Of a stretch of DNA of 32,545 nucleotides, positions 1 to 11,763 are shown one piece after another. Each line of letters opens with the position of its first letter. The stretch's first letter is position 1. Origin of the DNA: Hydrurus foetidus (Eukaryota); NCBI GenBank assembly GCA_900617105.1, contig UYFQ01000390.1:1-32545 (forward strand). Direction: 5' to 3'. Made by a program: the position numbers and the translations under genes. The notes beneath the pieces are model-generated. The model was not told the origin of the DNA and searched no databases. It saw nothing but the letters and a program-made list of their open reading frames with translations.

Positions 1-530
1 TTCAATTTTGATTTTGATTTTGATTTTGATTTTGATTTTGATTTTGATTTTGATTCCATTTTGATTTTGATTTTGATTTTGATTTTATTCAATTTTGATT
101 TTGATTTTGAAATTTAATTTTGTTTTGATTTTGATTTTGATTTTGATTTTGATTCCATTTTGATTTTGATTTTATTCTGATTTTGATTTTGATTTTGATT
201 CTGATTTTGATTTTGATTTTGATTTTGATTTTGATTTTGATTTTGATTTTGATTTTGATTTTGATTTTGATTTTGATTTTGATTTTGATTTTGATTTTGA
301 TTTTGATTTTGATTTTGATTTTGATTTTGATTTTGATTTTGATTTTGATTTTGATTTTGATTTTGATTTTGATTTTGATTTTGATTTTGATTTTGATTTT
401 GATTTTGATTTTGATTTTGATTTTGATTTTGATTTTGATTTTGATTTTGATTTTGATTTTGATTTTGATTTTGATTTTGATTTTGATTTTGATTTTGATT
501 TTGATTTTGATTTTGATTTTGATTTTGATT
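1..530. repeat. (TTTTGA)n hexanucleotide tandem array, degenerate in the first ~200 bp and pure afterwards; runs off the window start
   Basis: Seen directly. It produces the spurious poly-IL and poly-KI ORFs. Confidence 0.98.
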
Positions 531-535
531 TCTTT

Positions 536-625
536 GTCTTCGAGCACGGACTAGTTACTAGCGCACGTGTTGAAGTTGCCGTAGGAGCACGTACCCAGGA
601 AGGATAAAACCAGGAAATAAAGCCA
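536..625 (+). repeat. 3' end of an LTR from a family-B-related copia element (diverged)
   Basis: GTCTTCGAGCACGGACTAGTTACTAGCGCACGTGTTGAAGTTGCCGTAGGAGCACGTACCCAGGAAGGA...CCAGGAAATAAAGCCA aligns by eye to 13868-13979 of the B LTR and ends in CA. Confidence 0.85.
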
Positions 626-627
626 GG

Positions 628-1776
628 GCCTCCAGTGACCCTGTGATCGTCCTTGAAGTGGCATCCTCCAACTGGGCTGCCTAAAAGAAGCAGTCATACC
701 GCCTGTTTCAAACTAAATTTGGACGCATAGGCGCGTCCATAATATCTGGCATTCGCCCCGCCACATTTGTTTTACCATCATGTCACGACGTTGATACAAC
801 TGGCTCCTACAAATTCAATCATCTACCTCGTACAGAGCCACCAACAGAACCAACCACAACAACAGAGCCACAAACAGCTCCAATCGTAATCCCTGACCTA
901 ACCTCATTTGGCTACGACATGTTGCGCGACTCCATCAAACGAGCACTCGACCAACAGAAAATCAATGAGAAGGACGATTATGATCTCCTTACCCACATCT
1001 TCTCAACCATGTCGTCCGAGTCTCACCTCTCCCTCGAAACTCATCCATCTTACCTCGTATTCCGAGCCACCCCTTCAACCCAAAAATCATTCGAATGTTG
1101 GGCCATACTTACCCTCATTCATTCTACGGGGAATGCATCCACTAAACTTCTCCGAACTCGGAACCTACTTCAGTCACAACAGGGTGATTCAACTCTGAGT
1201 CTCTTCCTTCAGACACTATCAACAAAAGTCGAACAGTTCAAATCAGATTTCGGTAGCCCGGCCAACTCAGAGCTCGTTTCTGTAAACGAAATTCACTGCT
1301 TCCTTATTCTTACCGGCATTCCCCGCAATGGCCTGTTCAACCTCCCTATGAACAACCTCCTCGCAGCAACCCCATCAGCCCGATTTACAGATCCAGCTGC
1401 ACTGGCTACCACCCTCCTCAACTGGGAGAAAAGCAGCGCACTACTTCATCTCTCCGACACTCCTTCCTCTCAAGCCTCTGCATATCTCGCAACAACACCT
1501 CCTCCCTCCAAATCCAACACAAACCCACCTGTCACAATATTCTGTGTCCACTGCCATAAGAAGTACCCGAAGAAGCCTAAAACCAACACTCATACTTCAC
1601 TGTCCTGCGGCCTTAACCCAGCCAACCGACCTGTTAATCCACCCTCCAACTTTACAGCAATGCGTACATTACTAGCGCAAGCTAAAGCTGCCACTCCCGG
1701 ATCATCTGCGTCAACTAATCTACTAATGCAACTTACAGATTCAGCATTCGAGGAATCTCTCAAGACCTCCGCCTAG
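628..1776 (+). pseudogene. gag: A1 gag, with a premature TAA at 682-684
   Basis: ASSDPVIVLEVASSNWAA*KKQSYRLFQTKFG matches the A2 N-terminus TILDIVSDNWAQFNKAFTLSCYTKFG. It is in frame with ORF 919-1776 and has a C-X2-C-X12-H-X4-C knuckle. Confidence 0.85.
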
Positions 1777-4700
1777 GTCATTGGGGAATTGGCCCCTACA
1801 GATCTTACTCCTGCGCCTAATCTCCCTCCATACTCCTTCCTAGCTAAACTTCCAGCATCAACTCCATTAGGCTACTGGGACTCAGGCAGCAGCCTCAACG
1901 TCACACCTCACAAATCTCATCTCTACAACATTCAACCTCTCCCCACCCCTTTCTCGTTAGGCGGTGTAAGCGGCTCTTGCCCGGTCACACATTCTGGTTA
2001 TCTTATCTACCTCCCAACCTGCAATAACATGAATCTTGCCTACCTTGCTCCAACCATCCCTGCCACTCTTCTTAGCCTATGCTACATGCAAACTTGCGGA
2101 GCCCATTACTGTCCTGATCCTACTAGCCCTAACACTCACTGTCTTATTTCCTCCTCTGTCAATGGCTTCCTTCTTGACCGGTCCTCCATTACATCCAACA
2201 ACCTACTTCCTATTAATCTCTCATCACTTCGCTCTGCTGCTCTCGCTCATCCAACTCATTACCTCACCCCTCCTGATCCAACGTCATATCTACTCACTTC
2301 AGTTCCCCATACAATTACCCACATCACTGGTGAGCAACGCCGACGTGCAGACCAAGCAGAAGCACTCCATCATGCTTTAGGCCACCCATCAGATGACTCT
2401 CTATTCCTTTGCATTTCAACTGGAAAAATCCCTACGTCACTCGTCCCCTCGGATATCCAACTCAACCGCTCTCTCCGGGGCCACTGCGTCCACTGCGCTG
2501 CTGGCAAGTACAGAGCACCTTCCCGTCCGTCATCAACATCCGCCCCAGCTACTGCTATTGGCCAAACACTATCATTCGATCCTCAGCAACTTCCCAACCC
2601 ATCCCCCGGTGGGTTCACCCACGAGGTCATCATAGTCGATGAGAACTCCGGTTACCTCTCGGTTGTCGGCTCATTCTCCAAATCCACCGCCCATATATTC
2701 AAGGCCATCCACTCAGTAATAACAACTATATATAACGCCTTCGGTCACAAGGTTGAGTCAATGCACAGTGACCCTGAACAAGTCAACAACTCCCTGTCAG
2801 TTCCCCTAGGATCCATCGGCATTAAACTGAAAACCTCCCTTCCCGGCGACCATGCCCATCGAGTAGAGCGCTACATAGAAACCCTACGAGCCATCTCCAG
2901 CGCAATGCTATCGCCCCTCCCATACCATCTTCCCCCCAAGTACTACCTCTACCTCCACCAAGCCGCAGCTGCATCCCGCAACTCCCTCATCTCCACCAAC
3001 AGTTCCATTCCATTCCAGGAAGCACAGCCCTAGTCGTCCAACATATCGACATTCCTTCTCGGCGTCTGCCCGGTCCCCACCTCCCTGTTTCCTCGCCAAC
3101 CGGTCCCCGACGAGCCAGTCCTACCTTCCATGTGTGTTCCATTCCTCCTCCCGTTCCACTCCCATCTCCATCCATCTCACTTCCCATTATGCCTGCCCCC
3201 TCTATCCCCTCGCCCTCAATCACCCACCTCAACTCCCCCATCTACCCCTCCCACAAGCTATTGCCGCTACAACAGCAAACTTGCCAAACCCTTTCCCTAC
3301 TCCACTGCTGGACTCAATCCACACAGCAACCCCCCTGCACCACCCTCCCCCACCTCCTGGCACCCCTCCATCACCACCATCACCCTCATTCCTTTCCATT
3401 CCTTCCACCCATGGATTTACCACTCCCACCAAACCCTCCATCCCCGCCTACGCTTCCACTCGTTCCCTCTGAACTCCCCCATACCCCCTCCCCCCAATTC
3501 AAAACCTGCTTCCCACCAATCCAACGGTCCTCCTTCCGATTTTCAACTCGCGGTTCAAGCTTTCCGCTTATTCAATACTCACGCTTCCTGCCGCTTTTCA
3601 ATGCTCAACAACAACCCCCTCCTCCATCATTCCCACACCCATCCCCGCCCAGAGGACAGAAATGTCCATCGCCCGGGCCTCACGTACCCTCCCCACTTCG
3701 GATATCTCAGCTGCCATATCAAAAGAAACGGACAAACAGTTTACAAAATACGCCAGCCTCCGCCTTGTCCCCCCTCGCACCCCTCTGGAGGCCAGACATG
3801 CCTTCCTGCGCAGTTCAATGTTCATTAAGAGAAAATCAAGCGGCCTCGTCACAGCTCGTCTAGCCATTGACGGTTCTCAACAACCTCCCGACTCATACAC
3901 CGACACCTTTGCAGGCACTTCAGACGTCACTAACCGATCCTTCATCATCGCAGTCGCCCTTGCAGACGCTGCCCATCGTAACATCCTTCCCGAGCTCATT
4001 ATCAGGTCCTACGACATTACTGCCGCATTTCTCCAAAGCTCCCTGCCCCGATCCCACACTGGAGGCTACCAGCTACTCACCACCCTCCCCAAGGATCTAC
4101 CAGACCCTACCCTTGCCGGCAAGACCGCTGAAATTATCGGTGCATGCTATGGTCTCAAGCAAGCCAATTACATCTTCGACACAGAACTAATCGCCCTGCA
4201 CATAGCTGCAGGATTCCTCCCAACACTCTCCGACCACCACACCTTCCGCAAAGTATGTCCGACCAACCCCGCTAACTCCCTCATCATCAACCTTCACGTT
4301 GACGACGGCTTTTATCTGTCAACCTCCCCGTCGCTTCTCGCCGAATATAAAGACCTCCTCACCAACCGATACGGCCCCATCACCTTCGACGACACTTGCA
4401 CCTCGATTTGCGGTATCCACATCACCCGCCACACTGACCACTCCGTCACCCTCGACTACGGCGCCCACATCTCAACCTTCCTTACCAAAGCCGGCATGGA
4501 CCCTCTACCACCAGCCCTTTCCCCGTCCCTCCACCCATTCTTTCAAACCCCCGCTGACCTTACCCCCGTTGATGCAACAGCCTACCAACGCATCAACGGC
4601 TCCCTTCTATTCTACGCCCCCCTCCGCAATTATTGCAGAAAGGAAATCATCCACCTGTGCACACACAATAACGCCCCCACTGCCACACATAGAAGAGACC

Positions 4701-5180
4701 AAATCTAGCTCCTCCGCTACCTCAAAGGTCACCCACATCTCGGCCCCACCTTCACCGCCATCCCGTCTAACCACCCCGACGGTGTAACCCTCTTTGCCTC
4801 TGCTGACGCCTCCCATGCCTGCCATCCCGACGGCTCTAGCCACGCCGCCTACACCCTCAGCGTCGGCCTCAACACAGCTCCCTTCCTTGCCTGCTCGTCG
4901 AAAGAAAAAGGCATTTCGCTCAACCCTTGTGAATCTGAATATAAGACACTCACAAAATGCGCCAAAGACGTCATTTTCTACCGACAATTCGCTACCGACC
5001 TCGGCCATCCGCAAACATCGCCCACTATAATCTATGAAGACAACAAATCCGCTATTAAACTCACTGAAGCTCCAGCCGTCACCCGCAAATCCCGCCACAT
5101 CTTCGTCCAGCATCACTACATCCGGTGGCTCCACCAAGCAAACCACATCACACTCCAGCACCAAGGCACACACGACATTG
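1777..5180 (+). pseudogene. pol: A1 pol (protease, integrase, RT, truncated RNase H)
   Basis: Protease YWDSGSS; integrase HHALGH...CVHC plus FDP/HSDP/VERY; RT YGLKQA and HVDD; RNase H ADASHA/CESEY/YEDN. Stops at 3031-3033 and 4706-4708, with frameshifts or deletions between 3034 and 3660. Confidence 0.92.
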
Positions 5181-5338
5181 TCGTTAGCCAGATCTGCTGA
5201 GCACATAATAATCTAGCTTAACTATTAAGCAAATTCTCGTTCTAAGTCAGATCTTGGACCCTACCCTTCCGGTATCAGTCCAACATTTGCTTAATAGTTA
5301 AGCTAGATTATTATGTGCTCAGCAGATCTGGCTAACGA
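5181..5338. repeat. Perfect 54-bp inverted repeat (5181-5234 / 5285-5338) with a 50-bp spacer; MITE-like or foldback
   Basis: The arms are exact reverse complements. No TSD is visible. Confidence 0.9.
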
Positions 5339-5861
5339 GTGTGGAGTGCGAATGTGTGACTTGTGTTCGTGAGTTTGTGTTGGAAGGATTTTCATGCAGG
5401 AGATGTAGTGCGTTAGGGTTGGTGTGTGTGATGATTAACGGTATTAGAACAAGGAATTACGACCCCCCCCCCCCCGGTCAGTGACCATAAAAAGATGTCT
5501 CTTTTGGTGTCTCTTTTCCACACAGGTTCTGTACGTACATCACCCTGGCGGCTGGACGTACTGTAGCAATAGGCTGATGCATGCTGCAGCAGTGATAGCA
5601 CAGCATCCAATATTTTACGTCCAGAGAACCCCATGACATCCGTCCAGGCGTAGTCATGGCTGGAATCTGTGTGTCGACTCTTTAGTCGAAAAGTAGTTTA
5701 GCAGCATCAACCTCCACGGATCTCAAAATCCCGAGATTCGATTCAATGATCAATGAGCTTAATATCTGGAGACAGATGCTGAGACTCAGAAGCCTCTTTT
5801 CGCTCGATTCTGAGCGCTCTTCGCTGGAATGGGCAACGTCCACGCTTCGTCGCCATCGTCA

Positions 5862-6120
5862 GTTACAACGGGAGATTCCATCTCGGCGAATCCTCCCTCG
5901 CTTCCAGCTTATTTTTTTAGACGGCAATTCTTCTTCAAGAACTTTCGAGGCCATTATGTCTGCGCCAGCTGGATTTGCGTCATCGTCCATGGAATACGCC
6001 ATCATTCGTATGCTACCATCTATTTGCCATCGTCCATTGGCCATCGTTAATTGTATTTCATCACTTGGACATCTGTTACAACGGGAGATTCAATTTCGGC
6101 GAATCCTCCCTCGCTTCCAG
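5862..6120 (+). repeat. 46-bp direct repeat (5862-5907 and 6075-6120) with 2 mismatches
   Basis: GTTACAACGGGAGATTC(C/A)AT(C/T)TCGGCGAATCCTCCCTCGCTTCCAG occurs twice. Confidence 0.9.
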
Positions 6121-6591
6121 ATGGTGCAATTAACGGACTTTATGCTACCGCATCTTCTATATCCCCTCTAATCCACTTCAGAATTTGTCTCCTTTTGTGA
6201 AAGGGGGAAACCCCTTGCAAATTTTTTTTGTTTACAAATGGGCCATCGACGAAACCATGTGCCATCGACCGACAGATTGGAGGAGGAAAGCACCATCGAC
6301 CATTGCTAACGCCATCATTATTGAGATTATAAATATTCTAATTATAGTGCGAAACCGAAGCTGCTCTATTTTTGTCGTAACACTCTTGCAGAAGTGGTGC
6401 AATTACTTTTTCATCTCTTAATTTTTTAAATACATATGAAATGTTCGTTTCAAGAAGCTTAGCATCTTATCGTGCAAAGCATGCATTCAATAATACATCC
6501 ATAAAGTTTCGAAAAATATGAAGATGTTTAAGTAACGAATATCTCATCAATAGAGCCGAAAATTTACCGCATCAAACACTTTTCCGTTATT

Positions 6592-6635
6592 CGTATTCTG
6601 TATCATCCGTATTCTGTATAATCCGTATTCTGTAT
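6592..6635 (+). repeat. 16-bp-period tandem repeat x3 (core CGTATTCTGTAT)
   Basis: Seen directly. Confidence 0.85.
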
Positions 6636-7098
6636 TTTTGAAATAATATTCATTGACCATAAATAGATATCTTTTTCGGTGTACACACTACTGTACACAC
6701 GCGCAGTGGTCAAGGCGTACTTACCACTCAGATGATAGATGATACTCATAGCTGTCTACTTCAGACTAGTGCATACTGGATATACGACGGCATAGTAAAT
6801 TCGTGTATACGACAGTTCAGGATGGATGTGGGCATAAAATCTGTAGTTCAGGCGCTTTTGAATGCTGATTAAACAGTGTAAGCGTCTACTGCTGCAAAAA
6901 TAATCACCCGTAAACAGCCGCAGGAGGGGAATATGACACCACCACCCCCTCTACCGGGGGTCCCCCCTCCCAGGGGACATCTTTTTATGGTCACTAGCGC
7001 CCCCCCCCCTCCCAGTATTCCACGTACGTTTTTTTTCGAAGATTTTTCTCAACGGGAAATAAAAAATAAATGCTGCCCAAAACCATGCCCAAAATAAC

Positions 7099-7978
7099 TA
7101 GGGCTGGTGGCCGTGGAAAACGAAGAGCCACGGCCAGTCCTACGGCCAGTCGATGAAAATAAAGACGGCCCACGGCCATCTGCTGAAGTTGAGGCTACGG
7201 CCAGTCCTACGGCCCACGGCCACCATGACCAACGGACCGTGGCCGCGGCCGGGCCGTTCCTGCCACGGCCAGATTGACGGCCAACGGCCCGTGGCCGCGG
7301 CCATCAACTCGTCGACAAATATCAATCATAACTTCGTTCAAAGAATGTTGCTCCACCGCTCAGCTTCTTTGAATTCTCTTTCATCTGACTAGCGCTGCGC
7401 AGCGGCAGGAATTTTTTGAGTCGAAAACTGTGGGAAATCGTTCAAGATGTGCTTTTTCGAGGAAAATTTTTAATTATTTAGAGGTTCCTGCAGATCAAAA
7501 CTATGCAATTGGTGAAAAATCATGAACAGACGCCATAAGTTGGGCTTCCGGCAAGTTTGCACTTCGCTAGCCAATCGCAATTCTGCCGCGCAACCTCCGT
7601 TTTCACACTTGAACGATGGATTGACGCTCATGATACTCGAGAAAGTTCTCAGCAGACTACTGCCAAGTATACTGAATGGTTGTTGGCTGAGATGCTGAGC
7701 TTTTGAGAATTGAGAGAGCTGAGACCTCACAAATCACGAAGTCTGTGGTGGTCAAAAAATCTGGCCGTGATGGCCGTGGTGATCATGGCCGTGGCCATCG
7801 GACTGGCCGTGGCGGCCGTAGTGATCACGGCCAGTGCAACCGTGGCCGTGGCCGCTATCACTTCAGACAGGAGCGGCCAGGCCGCTGTGGCCGTGGCCGT
7901 GGCTATTCACGGCCAGTCCGACGGCCACGGCCATGATCACAGTCTGGCCGTGATTTCACGGCCCGGCCACCAGCCCTA
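7099..7978. mobile_element. 880-bp non-autonomous hAT element
   Basis: 15-bp TIR TAGGGCTGGTGGCCG...CGGCCACCAGCCCTA; 8-bp TSD AAAATAAC (7091-7098, 7979-7986); dense subterminal ACGGCC/GGCCGT motifs at both ends. Confidence 0.93.
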
Positions 7979-8341
7979 AAAATAACATCAAGTTTTGATC
8001 TTCACTGTAGTTAGTACTACAACGGGTGCAACAACAATTCTCGCTGAAAAGTGTCGCCCTCTGTATCTTTCCTCTTTTACGATGGCACGTCTTACTGTAC
8101 AACTCGTGAGGCACAAATTTGTCCGAAGAGGGAGCAGTCCATTTTTTTGCGACGTCATCCACTGCAGATTGAGTGACGAATATCCAATAGTCAATCAAGG
8201 GGTCTTACGCTGTCATCTCGAGAACAGTTTGAATTGCAAGGATTCACATCGAAAACTTTGCTCGCCAAGAGACTAAAGCGCCCCGATCCTCCTGTCGCCA
8301 ACCATCCCGACTGCCTGATTTCTGCTCCACCCGTAGCGACT

Positions 8342-10886
8342 ATGGCGGAAACCACCCCTGATGATGTCATCATCAAAGTTTCCATTAAATTTTTGCTGTC
8401 GAATGGCGTCACCGGATCCTTAATTGGCTCAGGAGGTTAGTTCCATTTCAGATTACGGCCTTCTCGATTAAATCACTCAATTGCACTTTAAACGAGGATG
8501 AAGTATTAGGAAAAAGGCCACGATGACCAAGTACTTCTCTTAACCATGCTACATATATCCGTTGCCTCGATTCTGCCCATGTATATCACAAGCGGATAAT
8601 GCAGTGACTTTTGCCTTCAATTCCTAAGAGTCTGTGAATCAGCTACTGGCTAACATTAATCAACGTCAATTTCAGGATCAGCGATAAAAGAACTAGCAAG
8701 TGTTACTGGAGCTAAAATCCACGTGTCTTCCTCAGACGAGGTTTATCCTGGCACAAACGACAGGTGATCTGGTATTTTTCGGTGCTGAAATGCTACCGCT
8801 CGATGTATCGTCTATGGTCGAAGAAACGAGACATAATAATCGCTGCAAACTGGCTAGAGGATGAATCTGTCAATGTTGGGAAGTGGATTTTGAACCGATA
8901 ATGTTGCAATAAAATGATGCCCTCCTGCGGTCGCTGCTCAGATAACTTTGAAATCCTTCGGACGTTACTTGTCGTTGAATCAAATCGCCTAACTTTGTGC
9001 CTAGACCGTAATCTCGACTAACTTCCTCTTTTTCATGTTTTAATGTCAATCCAATCTTTTCAGAGTTGTGTTAATTGTTGGCAGCGAGAGCGTTGTCTCG
9101 TTGACTCAGACAATCATATGGGAGCTGATAGCGCAACACTTAAGAACTGTCGAAGCGGTTTGTTCTTGTGACGACTCATGACTGTCTCCATCGCACCATT
9201 CTCTTTCCTACTTCATGCGTGACTCTTTATGACTGAATCTTTCCGTGAATATTGACTACTCTCAACCCAAATCGCTGTCAGGGTGAGCGCAGTGAAACGT
9301 GGAGTCCTAAAATCGCTATTGCATCTCCCTCTTTTGGTCGTGAGGTAAACGCAGATAGATTCGTGTTCTGGAAGCCAAGGCGAATTATACGGTTTTGAAT
9401 TCGTATCTTGAGAATTTACCGATCTTCCAAGTAATATTTAGGAAGACTGTGTGAACTATGTGACATGATAAACTTCTGAAGTTGTGAATAACTCAGCTGG
9501 AAATATTTGAATCAATTTCTGCTTACAACAAATGTCATTACCAACACTATTGCACGGTATGTACTAGTCCAGTGATCTAGAAGAGTAGCATACTAACTAC
9601 AACAAACTGTACATGACCATTTCTTTCTCTCAGGATGGTGCACATGTGAGTGCCCGAATATCCATTCCTGCAGCTGTGGGAGGATTAATTCTAGGTAATC
9701 CTGACGCTGTCATGTCTTGTGTTCTTGGAGTGGATCTATGCTGGCTATACTGACTTTCGGATTATGACGCATTACCACACAAATCTCAAAATAAATATTA
9801 AAAAACTGACAATCGTTTTTCTGTTTTCAGGAAGAGGTGGAGCAACAATACGGTTGCTCGCTGAAGAGAGTGGAGCGAAAATCAGCATGACTTCGAAGGA
9901 TGAAGCTGTATTCACGCAGGAGCGCATTTTATCTATTTCTGGCCCAAAATTTTGTTGTATACAGGGCTTAGCTATGGTACTCTCAAAACTTGCAGAAGAC
10001 AGTGAACTCAATCAATTTCTAAACAAAGGCACGAATTACATGACGAACATCAACACGTACGAGTACGCACGAGGCACCGCGTCTAAGAGGGGTGGCCCTG
10101 GCAGAGGTAGAGGAAGAGGGGAGGGGCCTACGGGGCGAGGTGGAAGAAGTATGAGTGGTGGTGGGAGCGATGATGCGCAGGATAGCGGCGCCTTCGATGA
10201 TATTTCCGCCAGCACCACTATATCCATGTCTGTGCCTGAGCTCTTGATAGGCAACCTGTTAGGAAAGAATGTGAGTACAGCTAATTTACTGCTGTTCTTT
10301 TTATTCTTGATTTTCTTCTCTTCTCTCTTCACCCCTACGTTTGTTAAGTGCCTCCACACTTCAAGTGACATATTTAATCCACTGTCATATATTACGGCGG
10401 TAGCGTGCGTGATAAGCAGATGTTCATTTGACAAAACTCACTTCACATAATTCTGACGGTTTATAGGGCACGACCATACGCGAAATCACTTGCCTGTCTG
10501 GTGCCAGAATCACGGTTTCCTCAAGGTAGACCGATTCTCGCAAGGCAAAATAATGACGTCATCTATCGATAAACCCGTTTAATCCAAAACAATGACGTCA
10601 TCTATCCAATTGTATGACCACATCTGATCTTTTTACGAAAACTTTCTTGTGCTGGTTACCCTTGTTTTTTAAGGGGTGAGTACATTGAGGGTACAACAAA
10701 CCGACTAGTGACGATTTCAGGAACACCTGACTGTGCCCAGACTGCGCATCACTTGATAAATCAAAAACTGCTACAAGTACGTACCTAAGTCATTTAATCT
10801 ATTTCGTTTGAAATGCATATTGATCTTCATAACTCTTTCATTCTTCATTGTAGCCTCCCCGATCGACACAATCAGGAATGAAATAA
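8342..10886 (+). CDS. Triple KH-domain RNA-binding protein (NOVA/BTR1-like), 9 exons, ~344 aa
   Basis: Exons 8342-8435, 8676-8763, 9064-9157, 9282-9344, 9634-9694, 9831-10270, 10467-10525, 10674-10776, 10854-10886; all introns GT-AG and frame-preserving. KH loops LIGSGGSAIK, LILGRGGATIR, LLGKNGTTIR; YPGTNDRVV and EGTTNRLVTISG motifs; RGG-rich linker. Confidence 0.9.
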
Positions 10887-11763
10887 GAAAGGGTAAACAA
10901 CAAATTAGACCACCTCAAGAAAATGAGGAGAAAAAACAACCCAATATTCATTAACTGATTATGATGCAATTTTACGACGGGAAATCTTAGCAAGGAAGAG
11001 CGCTAATTTCAAATACTGTTCGGGTGCACATCAGAAATTCTAGATAGCAGTAGGGAAGAAACAAACACGGCGCGCAATAGAAGCGTTTTGGATAGTCAGA
11101 AATCTAGTATAGAGGAGCCAAGCGTGTCTCTGGGCGCGCGATTTACAAATTATCACATACAATGGCCACAACAAAACATATCCTCAGTTTACAACTCATG
11201 ATTAGATTTTTGCACACCCATCCGGGACGTACAATTTCTATATCTACGTAAGTAAAGGTAAAATTACTTACAATGATCACACCTACACTACGATTTTCAT
11301 ACTCTCATCTCGATGATTCTACAGTTTTAGACATCAATTACAACATCCCAGACCTCGAGCAGGTTGTCTCCTTCTTCATATTTATCATCAGCCAAGTATC
11401 AATATGCGAATGTATTACTTATGCATTTCGCAATTTATGTGTGGTTTAGTACGGAACCATTATTGATGATTAACTTCGCTTTTGCGCCTTTAAATCAGTA
11501 AAGTTTTTGTCTGTCAAAGAAATTCTCATTCCTAATTAGTCGGTTTCGAAATGCAGTACATCACTCGCGATTTACTAACTATGTAAGGGTATCAAGTTCG
11601 CCCCGAATATTCAATGGCCGATAATATCATGATTGCAGCTAGCACTAACTGCCAAGTCAAAAGTAGCACCACTTAAAATGTACAAAAAAGTTGAGAGAAA
11701 TGACGCACTCATATACCAAGATGTGCATCCTGAGCGGAATATCCCCACTAATCAACAAGTGCA

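Larger units (their letters stand above)
626..5180 (+). mobile_element. Decayed Ty1/copia retrotransposon A1 (internal region only; related to A2)
   Basis: Order is gag-PR-IN-RT-RH with clear protein similarity to A2. The 5' end is interrupted by the B-like LTR; the 3' end is cut inside RNase H at the inverted repeat. Confidence 0.93.
5479..6996. mobile_element. Putative ~1.5-kb non-autonomous TIR element with hAT-like YAGTG termini
   Basis: 20-bp perfect inverted repeat AGTGACCATAAAAAGATGTC (5480-5499) / GACATCTTTTTATGGTCACT (6976-6995). No transposase and no matching 8-bp TSD. Confidence 0.5.

Noticed and set aside
1..530. Canonical telomere
   Set aside because: The unit lacks a G-run, and the window edge is not known to be a chromosome end.
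89..554. Poly-KI and poly-IL ORFs
   Set aside because: They are translations of the TTTTGA array.
3130..3863. Overlapping Pro-rich ORFs as a separate gene
   Set aside because: This is the frameshifted C-rich IN-RT linker of A1, equivalent to the Pro-rich linker in A2.
7140..7979. Arg/Gly- and Ala/Val-rich short ORFs
   Set aside because: They are by-products of the GGCCGT subterminal repeats of the hAT element.
10546..10606. Duplicated AATGACGTCATCTATC (CRE-like palindrome) in a KH gene intron
   Set aside because: A short local duplication with no evidence of regulatory function.
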